Notes under the pieces: generated by a model
Databases searched by the model: none
The model's input: only the letters and a program-made list of their open reading frames with translations
Told to the model about the DNA's origin: nothing
Shown: piece by piece, positions 1 to 8,217 of the stretch
Layout: the number at the start of each line of letters is the position of its first letter
Position numbering within the stretch: the first letter of the stretch is position 1
Virus record (IMG/VR): IMGVR_UViG_2529293240_000008
Span: 1-16,973 of that record
Direction: 5' to 3' (one strand)
From: a virus
Taxonomy: Duplodnaviria > Heunggongvirae > Uroviricota > Caudoviricetes
DNA: 16,973 bases
Program-made: the position numbers and the translations under genes

Positions 1-335
1 TGTCGAAACATGCGGAGATGGCGAAGGCGTTCGACTATATCCTGAATCACTGGAATGCGCTGAACGAGTTCTGTCGTGACGGCTGGGTGGAAATAGACAA
101 CAACATCGGTGAAAACGCGTTACGATCGGTGGCGGTTGGAAGAAAAAATTATCTCTTTTTCGGCTCAGACAAGGGAGGAGAAAGTGCGGCGATCATCTAC
201 AGTCTGCTGGTCACCTGCAAACAGAACGAAGTGGAGCCGGAGGACTGGTTGCGCGAAGTGATCGAGAAGCTCAATGACTGGCCGTCGAACCAAGTGCATG
301 AACTGCTGCCCTGGAACTTCTCGTCTGTAAAATAA
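1..335 (+). CDS. IS66-family transposase (TnpC-like), C-terminal portion; 5' end lies upstream of the window
   Basis: Frame is open from base 3 to the stop at 333-335 (track ORF 18..335). Product carries the IS66-type C-terminal motif ...IDNNIGENALRSVAVGRKNYLFFGS... Family assignment is from established knowledge of IS66 transposases. Confidence 0.8.
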   Translation, partial: SKHAEMAKAFDYILNHWNALNEFCRDGWVEIDNNIGENALRSVAVGRKNYLFFGSDKGGESAAIIYSLLVTCKQNEVEPEDWLREVIEKLNDWPSNQVHELLPWNFSSVK

Positions 336-367
336 TCCTTACGCTACGTACTTCTCGGGGCGCTTAC
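1..367 (+). mobile_element. Right end of an IS66-family insertion sequence
   Basis: CTTCTCGGGGCGCTTAC at 351-367 is the reverse complement of a GTAAGCG... terminus, about 30 bp after the transposase stop. The IR consensus is recalled from memory, not checked. Confidence 0.55.
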
Positions 368-1150
368 CTTCAAAATGATGGACATTATTTTTGTGGAACC
401 GGAGGTAACAGACCAGACGGTTTAAATGAGCCGGTTACTTTAAACGGGTGATGGACAGCACCTCAAAAGTTCAGATGGATTATATTTGTCTGCAATACCC
501 CGGGTATTTTCGATTTGCGAAATGGATGGAACGACTTGCTCAGGGGATAGCTGATGGAGTTACTGAAGTACCGAAGGACCACTAAAAATCACAGGCCGGG
601 AATTTCGGCGTTTCCGGCGTAGGTGTGCCACGAATGCATCCAGTGGCGTGATGTTGGATGCAATGCTGTATGAGAGATGAGGGGCGGCGTCCAGACGCAG
701 CCTTCAAACCGCCTTGAGCTGCTGCCGTTAAGAGCGGTGGTGGTGAGCGTCAAGGTTAAAAGGCGCAGAACATGTGTCAGGTAGGTGTTGCGGAGATGAA
801 CGAAAGTGAACTGTCGATGAAGTGTCGAAAGGAACCTCTAGGCGATGTCGAAAATGTGCTATCTACGCAGCGCATGACGAGTCCAGCAGATATCTGGTAC
901 TGGCTGGGCGGCATCCGGCATATAGGCAGCATGAACGCAACACAGGCTCTCGTACGGAACGTGGGAACCTGTCGTCTCGATGCTAAGGGAGCGGCGCGGA
1001 GCAGAGGCACTGCAAGCGCCTGAGTACCGATGCGAGACACAGGGGCAGATGGCTTCGTAGTAGTGAGGAAGTGCCTGTAATGGGCATGGAGCGAAGGGGG
1101 TCAGTCGTTGGGGCTGGTTTATCGGTCAACCGGATAGCCGGGAGGAGCCC

Positions 1151-1440
1151 ATGAGTCAGCCAAAGCCGTTCGAGGTCTCTAAGTATGCGGTTTGGAAAGC
1201 ATACCAGCGGGTCAAAGCTAATCGAGGTGCGGCAGGTGTCGATGGGCAGTCAGTCGAGGCGTTTGAGGTTACCAATCGAAGCTATACCCGGTAATGGCGC
1301 AGGTTGACCTGCACTTGGCCAAGTGGATTGCCCGCAAACACAAGCGAGCGCGAGGTAGTCTGGTGCGTGCATTCGAGTGGTTACTGCGAATTCGTCACGA
1401 CTGCCCGACGCTGTTTGCACACTGGTGCTTAGCTTACGAT
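1151..1440 (+). pseudogene. Group II intron reverse transcriptase/maturase remnant
   Basis: ATG at 1151 preceded by GGAGGAG encodes MSQPKPFEVSKYAVWKAYQRVKANRGAAGVDGQSVEAFE..., a typical group II RT N-terminus, then stops after 47 codons. A C-terminal-like tail (...LAKWIARKHKRARGSLVRAFEWLLRIRHDCPTLFAHW...) follows in another frame, so roughly 1.3 kb of RT core is missing. Confidence 0.5.
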
Positions 1441-1460
1441 ACTTGAATGGTTCAACGACA

Positions 1461-1494
1461 AGAGCCGTATGACGCGAGAGTGTCACGTACGGTT
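1461..1494 (+). ncRNA. Group II intron domain V catalytic hairpin
   Basis: GAGCCGTATGACGCGAGAGTGTCACGTACGGTTC: 34 nt, 10-bp helix with AGC triad and G-U wobbles matching the domain V consensus GAGCCGUAUG...CGUACGGUUC. Confidence 0.6.
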
Positions 1495-1608
1495 CCGTGG
1501 GAGCGTAGGGGGGCGGTGCCCCTGCGCCACCCGATATCCCCTTTGAGTGCGGTTACGTCCACAGAGGTAAATGCCGCTGACGCGGCATCTGTAATCTGTT
1601 ACTTTGTG

Positions 1609-1662
1609 TATATCATTTGCTATATATTGTCAATATGCTATTGTTGTAAAGCAAATGATATA
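1609..1662 (+). promoter_or_regulatory. Putative operator/promoter of the TA operon: 12-bp perfect inverted repeat flanking an AT-rich core
   Basis: TATATCATTTGC (1609-1620) and GCAAATGATATA (1651-1662) are exact reverse complements, ending 10 bp before the antitoxin start codon. Confidence 0.4.
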
Positions 1663-1672
1663 CGGAGGCTTT

Positions 1673-2412
<740 letters not shown>

Positions 2413-2466
2413 GGAGTAATGCCGATCAGTTAAGGATCAGTTGACCGATCCAGTGGCTGTGTAAGA

Positions 2467-2499
2467 ATCCGGAAACGCTCACTCGTTTCCGGATTTTTC
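2467..2499 (+). terminator. Rho-independent terminator downstream of the TA operon
   Basis: ATCCGGAAACG-CTCACT-CGTTTCCGGAT perfect 11-bp stem followed by TTTTT. Confidence 0.65.
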
Positions 2500-2584
2500 T
2501 GTGCACAGTAAAAGACCACCGCCTGAGGAGGTGGCTTTTCAGAATGCCCCCTATAAGGGCTGAGGGATCCCCACAAAATTACTG

Positions 2585-2915
2585 CTAATAAACCAGCACC
2601 ATATTTCGGTAGGTTCTGGACAGATGGTTTAGAACTGTGCTCAGTACTGTTCGTCTTAAAATAAGTGGCGAGTGTCGAAGAACATTCTTCGCTAACGTCA
2701 GATATGAGATAACCCGCCGGGATTTAATGCTGTTAGCCTGATATTTCAGGTGTAACCCTTTATTCTCAGCGTGATAACCGAGTAACCACATTACGATAGT
2801 GCTCAACGTTGCCAGCAGACTCAGAACCAGAATTCTTCCTGTTGAACGACTTTTGCTGGCCCGAAGACCAAATCCGAAGCGCCCGTTCTTTTCATCACGA
2901 AAGTTTTGCTCTATC
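2585..2915 (-). pseudogene. Gene fragment of unknown function whose 5' part is cut by the IS600-like insertion
   Basis: Track ORF 2585..2941 (-) takes its start codon and first ~8 codons from inside the IS inverted repeat, so the native N-terminus is missing. Product has a hydrophobic segment (ILVLSLLATLSTIVMWLL); family not recognised. Confidence 0.3.
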
Positions 2916-2979
2916 TGAGGTAGCCTGAGTTTAACGGACACTCCTTCCTGAAATAGAATGGCATCAGAAGGAGCTAATA

Positions 2980-3282
2980 ATGAGCAGAAAAACCCAACGT
3001 TACTCTAAAGAGTTCAAAGCCGAAGCTGTCAGAACGGTTCTTGAAAATCAACTTTCGATCAGTGAAGGCGCTTCCCGATTATCCCTTCCTGAAGGCACTT
3101 TAGGACAATGGGTTACCGCCGCCAGAAAAGGGCTCGGTACTCCTGGTTCCCGCACGGTGGCTGAACTGGAATCTGAAATTCTGCAACTGCGTAAGGCGTT
3201 AAATGAAGCTCGCCTTGAGCGAGATATATTAAAAAAAGCAACAGCGTATTTTGCACAGGAGTCGCTGAAAAATACGCGTTAA
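2980..3282 (+). CDS. IS3-family transposase OrfA (HTH DNA-binding subunit)
   Basis: 100 aa, MSRKTQRYSKEFKAEAVRTVLENQLSISEGASRLSLPEGTLGQWV..., followed by a leucine-zipper-like region. RBS GGAG upstream. Confidence 0.9.
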   Translation: MSRKTQRYSKEFKAEAVRTVLENQLSISEGASRLSLPEGTLGQWVTAARKGLGTPGSRTVAELESEILQLRKALNEARLERDILKKATAYFAQESLKNTR

Positions 3283-3317
3283 TCGAACAATGGCGACAAC
3301 AATTTCCCATTGAAGCG

Positions 3318-4136
3318 ATGTGTCAGGTATTTGGTGTATCCAGGAGCGGTTATTACAACTGGGTACAGCATGAACCCTCAGACAGAAAACAAAGTGATGA
3401 GCGGCTAAAACTGGAGATTAAGGTGGCACATATCCGCACTCGCGAAACATATGGAACCCGGCGGCTCCAGACGGAGCTGGCAGAGAATGGCATCATCGTT
3501 GGTCGTGACCGACTGGCACGTCTTCGTAAGGAGCTAAGGCTACGCTGTAAGCAGAAACGCAAGTTCAGAGCGACTACGAACCCGAACCACAATCTGCCAG
3601 TTGCGCCAAATCTGCTGAACCAGACGTTCGCTCCTACAGCACCAAATCAGGTCTGGGTGGCGGACCTGACGTATGTTGCCACACAGGAGGGATGGTTGTA
3701 CCTCGCTGGCATCAAAGATGTTTATACGTGCGAAATTGTCGGCTACGCCATGGGAGAGCGCATGACAAAAGAGCTGACAGGTAAAGCCCTGTTTATGGCG
3801 CTCAGGAGCCAGCGCCCACCTGCCGGGCTAATCCACCACTCTGATCGAGGTTCACAGTACTGCGCATACGATTACCGGGTCATACAGGAGCAGTCTGGTC
3901 TGAAAACATCAATGTCGCGTAAAGGTAACTGTTACGACAACGCTCCGATGGAAAGCTTCTGGGGAACGCTGAAAAATGAGAGCCTGAGCCACTATCGTTT
4001 TAATAACCGGGATGAAGCCATCTCAGTAATACGGGAATACATTGAGATTTTCTACAATCGTCAGCGTCGTCACTCTCGTCTGGGGAATATCTCCCCGGCA
4101 GCCTTCAGGGAAAAATATCATCAGATGGCTGCTTAA
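3318..4136 (+). CDS. IS3-family transposase OrfB (DDE catalytic domain), normally expressed as an OrfAB fusion by -1 frameshift
   Basis: Contains ...WVADLTYV...HHSDRGSQY...CYDNAPMESFWGTLK... (DDE integrase core). The frame is -1 relative to orfA and the true N-terminus is probably supplied by frameshifting near 3229-3235. Confidence 0.9.
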   Translation: MCQVFGVSRSGYYNWVQHEPSDRKQSDERLKLEIKVAHIRTRETYGTRRLQTELAENGIIVGRDRLARLRKELRLRCKQKRKFRATTNPNHNLPVAPNLLNQTFAPTAPNQVWVADLTYVATQEGWLYLAGIKDVYTCEIVGYAMGERMTKELTGKALFMALRSQRPPAGLIHHSDRGSQYCAYDYRVIQEQSGLKTSMSRKGNCYDNAPMESFWGTLKNESLSHYRFNNRDEAISVIREYIEIFYNRQRRHSRLGNISPAAFREKYHQMAA

Positions 4137-4247
4137 AAAAGAACAAATGGTAGTGTCCGCTATTGCCAGTACACCTCAATTGCCTTTACAACCTCCGGGA
4201 GAAGTTCCTGGTTTGTATAATCAAAGTTATCAACATGGAGAACAGTT

Positions 4248-4508
4248 ATGTTTTCGAACTTTTTCATGGCTTCCTCAGCTGACTTATATGTTCTGCTATA
4301 TAGCGAGTCTCAGAAGTGTTTTCATATTGAGACTGTTTCCGCAATGATTGATAAAAATGTTCGCATGTACCTTGAGGGGCGAAGCGGCGATTTTGTCACC
4401 ATTGGTATTGGTTCTTCCGTAGAAGAGCTTCGCGAGATAAGGAGCAAACTTGTTGAGATGCGTCATGGTGTTGCTGCTCCTCACTTTTTGGTTGCTCCGG
4501 AGGAGTAA
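4248..4508 (+). CDS. Hypothetical small protein (86 aa)
   Basis: ATG with GGAGA 7 nt upstream. Its 3' end overlaps the 3' end of the minus-strand HTH gene by about 110 bp, so one of the two may be partly spurious. Confidence 0.35.
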   Translation: MFSNFFMASSADLYVLLYSESQKCFHIETVSAMIDKNVRMYLEGRSGDFVTIGIGSSVEELREIRSKLVEMRHGVAAPHFLVAPEE

Positions 4509-4944
4509 CCTCGCCAGTTAACAGCCACATCGGATCGCAGCCAAGAATATTTGTCAGTGGGATAAGCATACTGATAGTTGGTTCATACTCTCCGCTCTCC
4601 CACTGGATGATGACTTCTTCATCCACATCGAGCAGCCTGGCGAGTTCGGCGGTTGTTAAGCCGCAGGCTTCGCGTTGGGTGCGAAGGTTAACCAGCCAGC
4701 TTTCAGGGAAGGATTGTTTTTGTTGTGCAGGAGAAGCCGCAGATAGAGCATATTCATGGATAAATTCCATTACCTCAATGCCCAGTTCCTTTGAGCGAGC
4801 ACAATCCAGAAGATGGAATGTGCGTACAGCACTTAGCAAATTTGCAATATTTAATGCAAAGGAATCAAGTTCTAAGCCCTTAAGCGTAACACAGCCGCAG
4901 TTGATAAAATTAGTTGTTTCTGGAGTTGCTTTTAGTGTCTTCAT
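4396..4944 (-). CDS. XRE/Cro-C1-type HTH protein with an uncharacterised ~85-aa N-terminal domain and acidic/Gln-rich tail
   Basis: HTH segment ...LRTQREACGLTTAELARLLDVDEEVIIQWESGEYEPTISMLIPLTNILGCDPMWLL... at residues ~85-145; own promoter upstream; sits downstream of cI on the same strand. Confidence 0.6.
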   Translation of the reverse strand: MKTLKATPETTNFINCGCVTLKGLELDSFALNIANLLSAVRTFHLLDCARSKELGIEVMEFIHEYALSAASPAQQKQSFPESWLVNLRTQREACGLTTAELARLLDVDEEVIIQWESGEYEPTISMLIPLTNILGCDPMWLLTGEVTPPEQPKSEEQQHHDASQQVCSLSREALLRKNQYQW

Positions 4945-4997
4945 ATATCCGTCAACAATTTTAAATTGAACTTAATCAAGTTATAATTGATGGTGCG

Positions 4998-5026
4998 ATA
5001 TTATGCTTTGAGAAATAGGCTGTCAA
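4998..5026 (-). promoter_or_regulatory. Near-consensus sigma70 promoter for the 4396..4944 gene
   Basis: On the minus strand: TTGACA (plus 5021-5026), 17-nt spacer, TAATAT (plus 4998-5003). Confidence 0.5.
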
Positions 5027-5052
5027 GAAAAAATTGATATCGTGTGTTTTAG

Positions 5053-5077
5053 GCAAAAAAAACGGGCAAAGCCCGTT
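5053..5077 (-). terminator. Rho-independent terminator downstream of the cI-like gene
   Basis: AACGGGC-AAA-GCCCGTT hairpin (5061-5077) followed on the minus strand by a T8 run (plus A-run 5054-5062). Confidence 0.7.
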
Positions 5078-5088
5078 AAAATCAAAGA

Positions 5089-5778
5089 CTAACCAAATCT
5101 GTTTATGTTGAATGGTACTGATGAGATCACTTTAGACTGGATATAAAGCAGAGCTAACCCCTCTTTTTCGATGCTCCATGGTTGATAATTGGGGTTATCA
5201 GATAACACCATGATTTTGCTTCCAATTTTTTGAAGCCTTTTCACGTAGCATTCTCCATCAAAACAAAATGCATAAATACCATCGCCATCAAAATAAGTTA
5301 CTGTCTTATCAAGAAAAAGAAGGTCACCAGGTGAGATTGTGGGAGCCATACTGTCTCCTCTGGCGTTACCTATTTCTATATTTTTGAATGCCCGATTTCC
5401 AACAAGACGTCGGGCATATTCAGGATCAAGTTCTATTGAGCGCACTACATCTATCAAGTCACCACGGACATGAGTTCCATCACCGCAACTAAACTCAACA
5501 TCAAGGACATTAAACACGACGCTATCTGTTCTTGTCTGGTGTTTCTCTTGCGAGGAAAAGGTTGGTGAGGAGTCTTCACCTAAGAACCAGGATTGTGGAT
5601 AACCGCTAATCTCTGATAAATGCGCGAGCTTATCACTCCGTGGAAATGTTTTTCCTGTTGTCCAGTACTGCACTGATTGCGCACTCACACCTAACTTGCG
5701 GGCCAGTTGAGCCTGAGTCCATCCTTTTGCTTTCAGCATCGCGGCTATTCGATTTTCCGTGTTTTTGACGTTCTTCAT
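5089..5778 (-). CDS. Phage CI-like repressor (N-terminal HTH, C-terminal S24/LexA-like autopeptidase domain)
   Basis: HTH ...WTQAQLARKLGVSAQSVQYW...; C-terminal GDSMAPTISPGDLLFLD (Ser nucleophile) and a downstream Lys (YVKRL). Likely ATG start at 5778 (MKNVKNT...), two codons inside the track ORF. Confidence 0.85.
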   Translation of the reverse strand: MKNVKNTENRIAAMLKAKGWTQAQLARKLGVSAQSVQYWTTGKTFPRSDKLAHLSEISGYPQSWFLGEDSSPTFSSQEKHQTRTDSVVFNVLDVEFSCGDGTHVRGDLIDVVRSIELDPEYARRLVGNRAFKNIEIGNARGDSMAPTISPGDLLFLDKTVTYFDGDGIYAFCFDGECYVKRLQKIGSKIMVLSDNPNYQPWSIEKEGLALLYIQSKVISSVPFNINRFG

Positions 5779-5911
5779 GACCAAATCCTGTGGGTTTCTT
5801 TACAAGGATAAATCTTTACTTGATTTTAGTGTATTCGATCCTTTTGCAACTTGCATGTTAATTTAAACTTGATGTATTCTTGATTTATAAAGTTAATGTT
5901 GGTGCTTTGTT
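5779..5911. promoter_or_regulatory. Divergent immunity promoter/operator region between the cI-like and cro-like genes
   Basis: 133-bp AT-rich spacer between divergent starts; three CTTGAT repeats (5819, 5868, 5880) and an imperfect palindrome TAAATC-N7-GATTTT (5809-5827). Individual promoter elements could not be assigned confidently. Confidence 0.5.
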
Positions 5912-6184
5912 ATGAAAGGAAATGATTACGACAAACTTCGTGCATTAATTGCGCAAAATGCCATAGCGCGAAATCTGGGTGTGACACCGCAAGCGGTGAA
6001 TCAGTGGTTTTCAAAAAGCACAATTCCTGCCCGTTTCGTTTTACGCGTATGTGAAGTAGTTGCATGGAAGGTCACGCCGCATGGCTTAAGGCCAGATCTT
6101 TATCCTCACCCTGAAGATGGAATTCCTGATTCGTTACGCAAAATTTCAAATCCAAGCTTAGCGCACACAGAGGATGAGAAGTGA
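5912..6184 (+). CDS. Cro-like small HTH regulator (YdaS-like)
   Basis: 90 aa; HTH ...IARNLGVTPQAVNQWFSK...; divergent from the cI-like gene. Confidence 0.7.
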   Translation: MKGNDYDKLRALIAQNAIARNLGVTPQAVNQWFSKSTIPARFVLRVCEVVAWKVTPHGLRPDLYPHPEDGIPDSLRKISNPSLAHTEDEK

Positions 6185-6221
6185 TGGTGGTGATATGAGC
6201 GAAAAAATAACTATTAAATAC

Positions 6222-6248
6222 GATGGGGCAACCATTTCGATTGCCCCA
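6222..6248. terminator. Candidate bidirectional hairpin terminator between convergent genes
   Basis: GGGGCAA-CCATTTCGA-TTGCCCC hairpin between the cro-like stop (6184) and the minus-strand gene stop (6255); flanking T-runs are weak. Confidence 0.3.
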
Positions 6249-6254
6249 ATCACA

Positions 6255-6548
6255 TTAGCGTTCGCTGAGAAGTTGTTGGTAAGCCTTAAAGGATGCGAAC
6301 TGCATTCTACCTTTGGCATTGAGTCCAATGCCTTCGCTTGTACACCAGGTGATGAACTCGGTTGTATCCGCTTCAACTTTAATAACTCGTTGCCCGCTTC
6401 TTTCGACACGCTTAATCAATTTTTCAGCGTCGTGTTTCCACTCGGTGTAACTGTCGGAGAGCACATCTGCATCAGTAAAAATCTTTTTGAACTCATGATA
6501 CTGAATAGCATCGCGAAACCAGAATAAACCAACGGCCTGAACTTTCAT
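6255..6548 (-). CDS. Hypothetical protein (97 aa), opposite-strand gene in the cII position
   Basis: Strong RBS (AAGGAGG, 6 nt before ATG) on the minus strand; charged, globular-looking composition. The overlapping plus-strand ORF 6174..6527 is codon-aligned antisense and Leu/Ser/Phe-rich, typical of a shadow ORF. Confidence 0.55.
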   Translation of the reverse strand: MKVQAVGLFWFRDAIQYHEFKKIFTDADVLSDSYTEWKHDAEKLIKRVERSGQRVIKVEADTTEFITWCTSEGIGLNAKGRMQFASFKAYQQLLSER

Positions 6549-6661
6549 GTCGAACCTCCTTTGGTTCTTTTGTTTATAGGGATCAAAAGGATAACTGAAG
6601 GATGGTTCGGCACCAACAAGTACGAATGTGCGGAATCTTAAAAGAATTTATCCGTAAGGAG

Positions 6662-7375
6662 ATGGCAGTGAACACCGCAATTTTTAACGACAAAGTATCC
6701 ATGACCAGCGTTGAAATCGCAGAGCTGGTTGGAAGTCAACACGGCAATGTCAGAATATCAATAGAGCGTCTGGCAAAACGCGGGGTGATTCAACTTCCTG
6801 CAATGCAAAAAGTTGAGAACGAACAATCATTTAGCCAAAACAAATTCACAAACGCATATATTTTCGAAGGCGAACAAGGCAAACGCGACAGCATCATTGT
6901 CGTCGCACAACTTTGCCCGGAATTCACTGCCCGCCTGGTAGATCGTTGGCGCGAACTGGAAGAGCAGGTGCGCAAACCAATGAGCGAAATCGAAATGGTT
7001 GCCGCGATGGCTCTTGAAGCCGTTCGTCAGCAAAAACGCCTCGACAAGATGGAAGAAAAAGTCAGTCACGTTACTGAAACTGTCGAACAAATCAAAAGAG
7101 GCACCATCCGCGATGGTTATGCAGGCTACCGTCAGCTGGTGGCGGAAACGGGTATGTCAGATGCGAAATGCCGCAATCTGGTGAACATCTATCAAATTCC
7201 AACTGATACTCACGAATTTCTTACTCCGGACGGATTGTTGTCACGCCGCGCAATTGTTGCAGTGGAACCGTTTATGGCTGCTTTCCATCGTATGATGAGC
7301 GAAGCGGAACCGAGAGGAACTCGTTGGTATCACCCGAAAATGGGGCTGTTCCAGGCGCTGGGCTGGCAGGGGTGA
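6662..7375 (+). CDS. Rha/AntA-family phage regulatory (antirepressor-like) protein
   Basis: N-terminal ...TSVEIAELVGSQHGNVRISIERLAK... matches the Rha/AntA N-domain pattern. Start is uncertain (ATG 6662, GTG 6668 or ATG 6602); AAGGAG at 6656-6661 fits the GTG best. Confidence 0.7.
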   Translation: MAVNTAIFNDKVSMTSVEIAELVGSQHGNVRISIERLAKRGVIQLPAMQKVENEQSFSQNKFTNAYIFEGEQGKRDSIIVVAQLCPEFTARLVDRWRELEEQVRKPMSEIEMVAAMALEAVRQQKRLDKMEEKVSHVTETVEQIKRGTIRDGYAGYRQLVAETGMSDAKCRNLVNIYQIPTDTHEFLTPDGLLSRRAIVAVEPFMAAFHRMMSEAEPRGTRWYHPKMGLFQALGWQG

Positions 7376-7394
7376 CGATGTTTACGGGTAATTT

Positions 7395-7568
7395 ATGCAA
7401 GTCCTCAATCGCTGGTTCCGTGACGGAAGGGGGCGTCGTGTTCACGTTATACGCTGGGAGCCTGAAACACAGCGGGTTATTTATCTGCGTGATGGTTATC
7501 CATATGAATGTTTCAGCCCGTTGTGGTTGTTCAGGCGTGATTTTGTTGAGTGCGAAGCGCCGCCATAA
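7395..7568 (+). CDS. Candidate small ORF (57 aa, Arg/Trp-rich)
   Basis: ATG at 7395 to TAA at 7566-7568 (MQVLNRWFRDGRGRRVHVIRWEPETQRVIYLRDGYPYECFSPLWLFRRDFVECEAPP); no clear RBS; below the ORF-track size cutoff. Confidence 0.2.
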   Translation: MQVLNRWFRDGRGRRVHVIRWEPETQRVIYLRDGYPYECFSPLWLFRRDFVECEAPP

Positions 7569-7589
7569 TAACGGCGCGATAATGGAAAT

Positions 7590-7898
7590 TTACACGAAGC
7601 GGATCTGGAGTTTTTTCCCTGTTGCGCGTGCAAATTTTTTCAGTGTGGCAAATGATGGTCCGCTGACACCTGAGGCAAGATTGCTTTCCATTCTGGTGAT
7701 GGCGGTTGCTTTGGTACCCATGCGTTCAGCAACTTCAGCCTGGGTGAGACCAGCTTCTTTGCGTGCGGCCAGCATTTCATCAAGCAGTGCGAACTCGTCG
7801 GCGATGGCGTCGTATTCTGCTTTAAAAGCCGGGTCATCCATCCATTTAGCTGCCATTTCATCGTGTGTCATGATTGGTGGGTTACGTTTACCAGTCAT
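7590..7898 (-). CDS. HigA-like antitoxin (XRE-type HTH)
   Basis: 102 aa; ...AGLTQAEVAERMGTKATAITRMESN... HTH; GGAGG RBS 7 nt upstream; start overlaps the stop of the upstream toxin gene by 11 bp. Confidence 0.75.
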   Translation of the reverse strand: MTGKRNPPIMTHDEMAAKWMDDPAFKAEYDAIADEFALLDEMLAARKEAGLTQAEVAERMGTKATAITRMESNLASGVSGPSFATLKKFARATGKKLQIRFV

Positions 7899-8217
7899 GC
7901 TTAACCTCCTTCATTCTGGTTTCAGCTTTTTTACGCTCAGCTGGTGGAGTTTTTTGAGTTTTCTTGATGAAGCTGTGCAGCATGATGATGCGCTTCCCTG
8001 TCAGTGTGCAGTAAAAAACGCGGGCAATGCCATCGCTGCCTTTAATCCGAAGCTCAAAAAGCCCATCACCAAAGGCGCTGGTGTGAGGTTCTCCGAGATT
8101 GCTGCCGTATACCTTCATGCGTTCAACAAGATGCTGGTATCTGGCACGCATACTCAATGGAAGCTGATCGACCTCCAGTCGGACCTCTTCACTGTAGTAT
8201 TCGATAGTGTAGTTCAT
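7888..8217 (-). CDS. HigB/RelE-superfamily toxin (Gp49-like addiction-module killer protein)
   Basis: ...LGEPHTSAFGDGLFELRIKGSDGIARVFYCTLTGKRIIMLHSFIKKTQKTP... is the characteristic HigB/Gp49 pattern. Toxin-first order typical of higBA. Start is uncertain: the track extends to 8253 with a TTG; Met at 8217 gives 109 aa. Confidence 0.75.
   Translation of the reverse strand: MNYTIEYYSEEVRLEVDQLPLSMRARYQHLVERMKVYGSNLGEPHTSAFGDGLFELRIKGSDGIARVFYCTLTGKRIIMLHSFIKKTQKTPPAERKKAETRMKEVKHDW

Larger units (their letters stand above)
623..1545 (+). mobile_element. Degenerate group II intron remnant (ribozyme domains retained, reverse transcriptase ORF internally deleted)
   Basis: GTGTG (GUGYG-like 5' motif) near 623; RT N-terminus begins at 1151; canonical domain V hairpin at 1461-1494. 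The 5' and 3' boundaries are approximate. Confidence 0.45.
2916..4178 (+). mobile_element. IS3-family insertion sequence, IS600-like, complete
   Basis: Inverted termini TGAGGTAGCCTGAG... (2916-) and ...TACACCTCA (-4178); orfA and orfB in -1 frame relation; A6G slippery site near 3229-3235; length about 1263 bp. Confidence 0.85.

Noticed and set aside
772-1040. Overlapping ORFs 772..1023 (+) and 777..1040 (-)
   Set aside because: They lie in the presumed ribozyme domains of the group II intron remnant, mirror each other, and lack RBSs.
2500-2584. Second hairpin CCACC-GCCTGAGGA-GGTGG after the TA terminator as an att site or sRNA
   Set aside because: Single short stem with only a weak T-run; nothing else supports a function beyond possibly being part of the terminator region.
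6174-6527. 117-aa plus-strand ORF following cro
   Set aside because: It is codon-aligned antisense to the minus-strand gene 6255-6548, which has a strong RBS; the plus-strand product is Leu/Ser/Phe-rich and would contain the 6222-6248 hairpin inside its coding region. Kept only as an alternative in the finding for 6255-6548.
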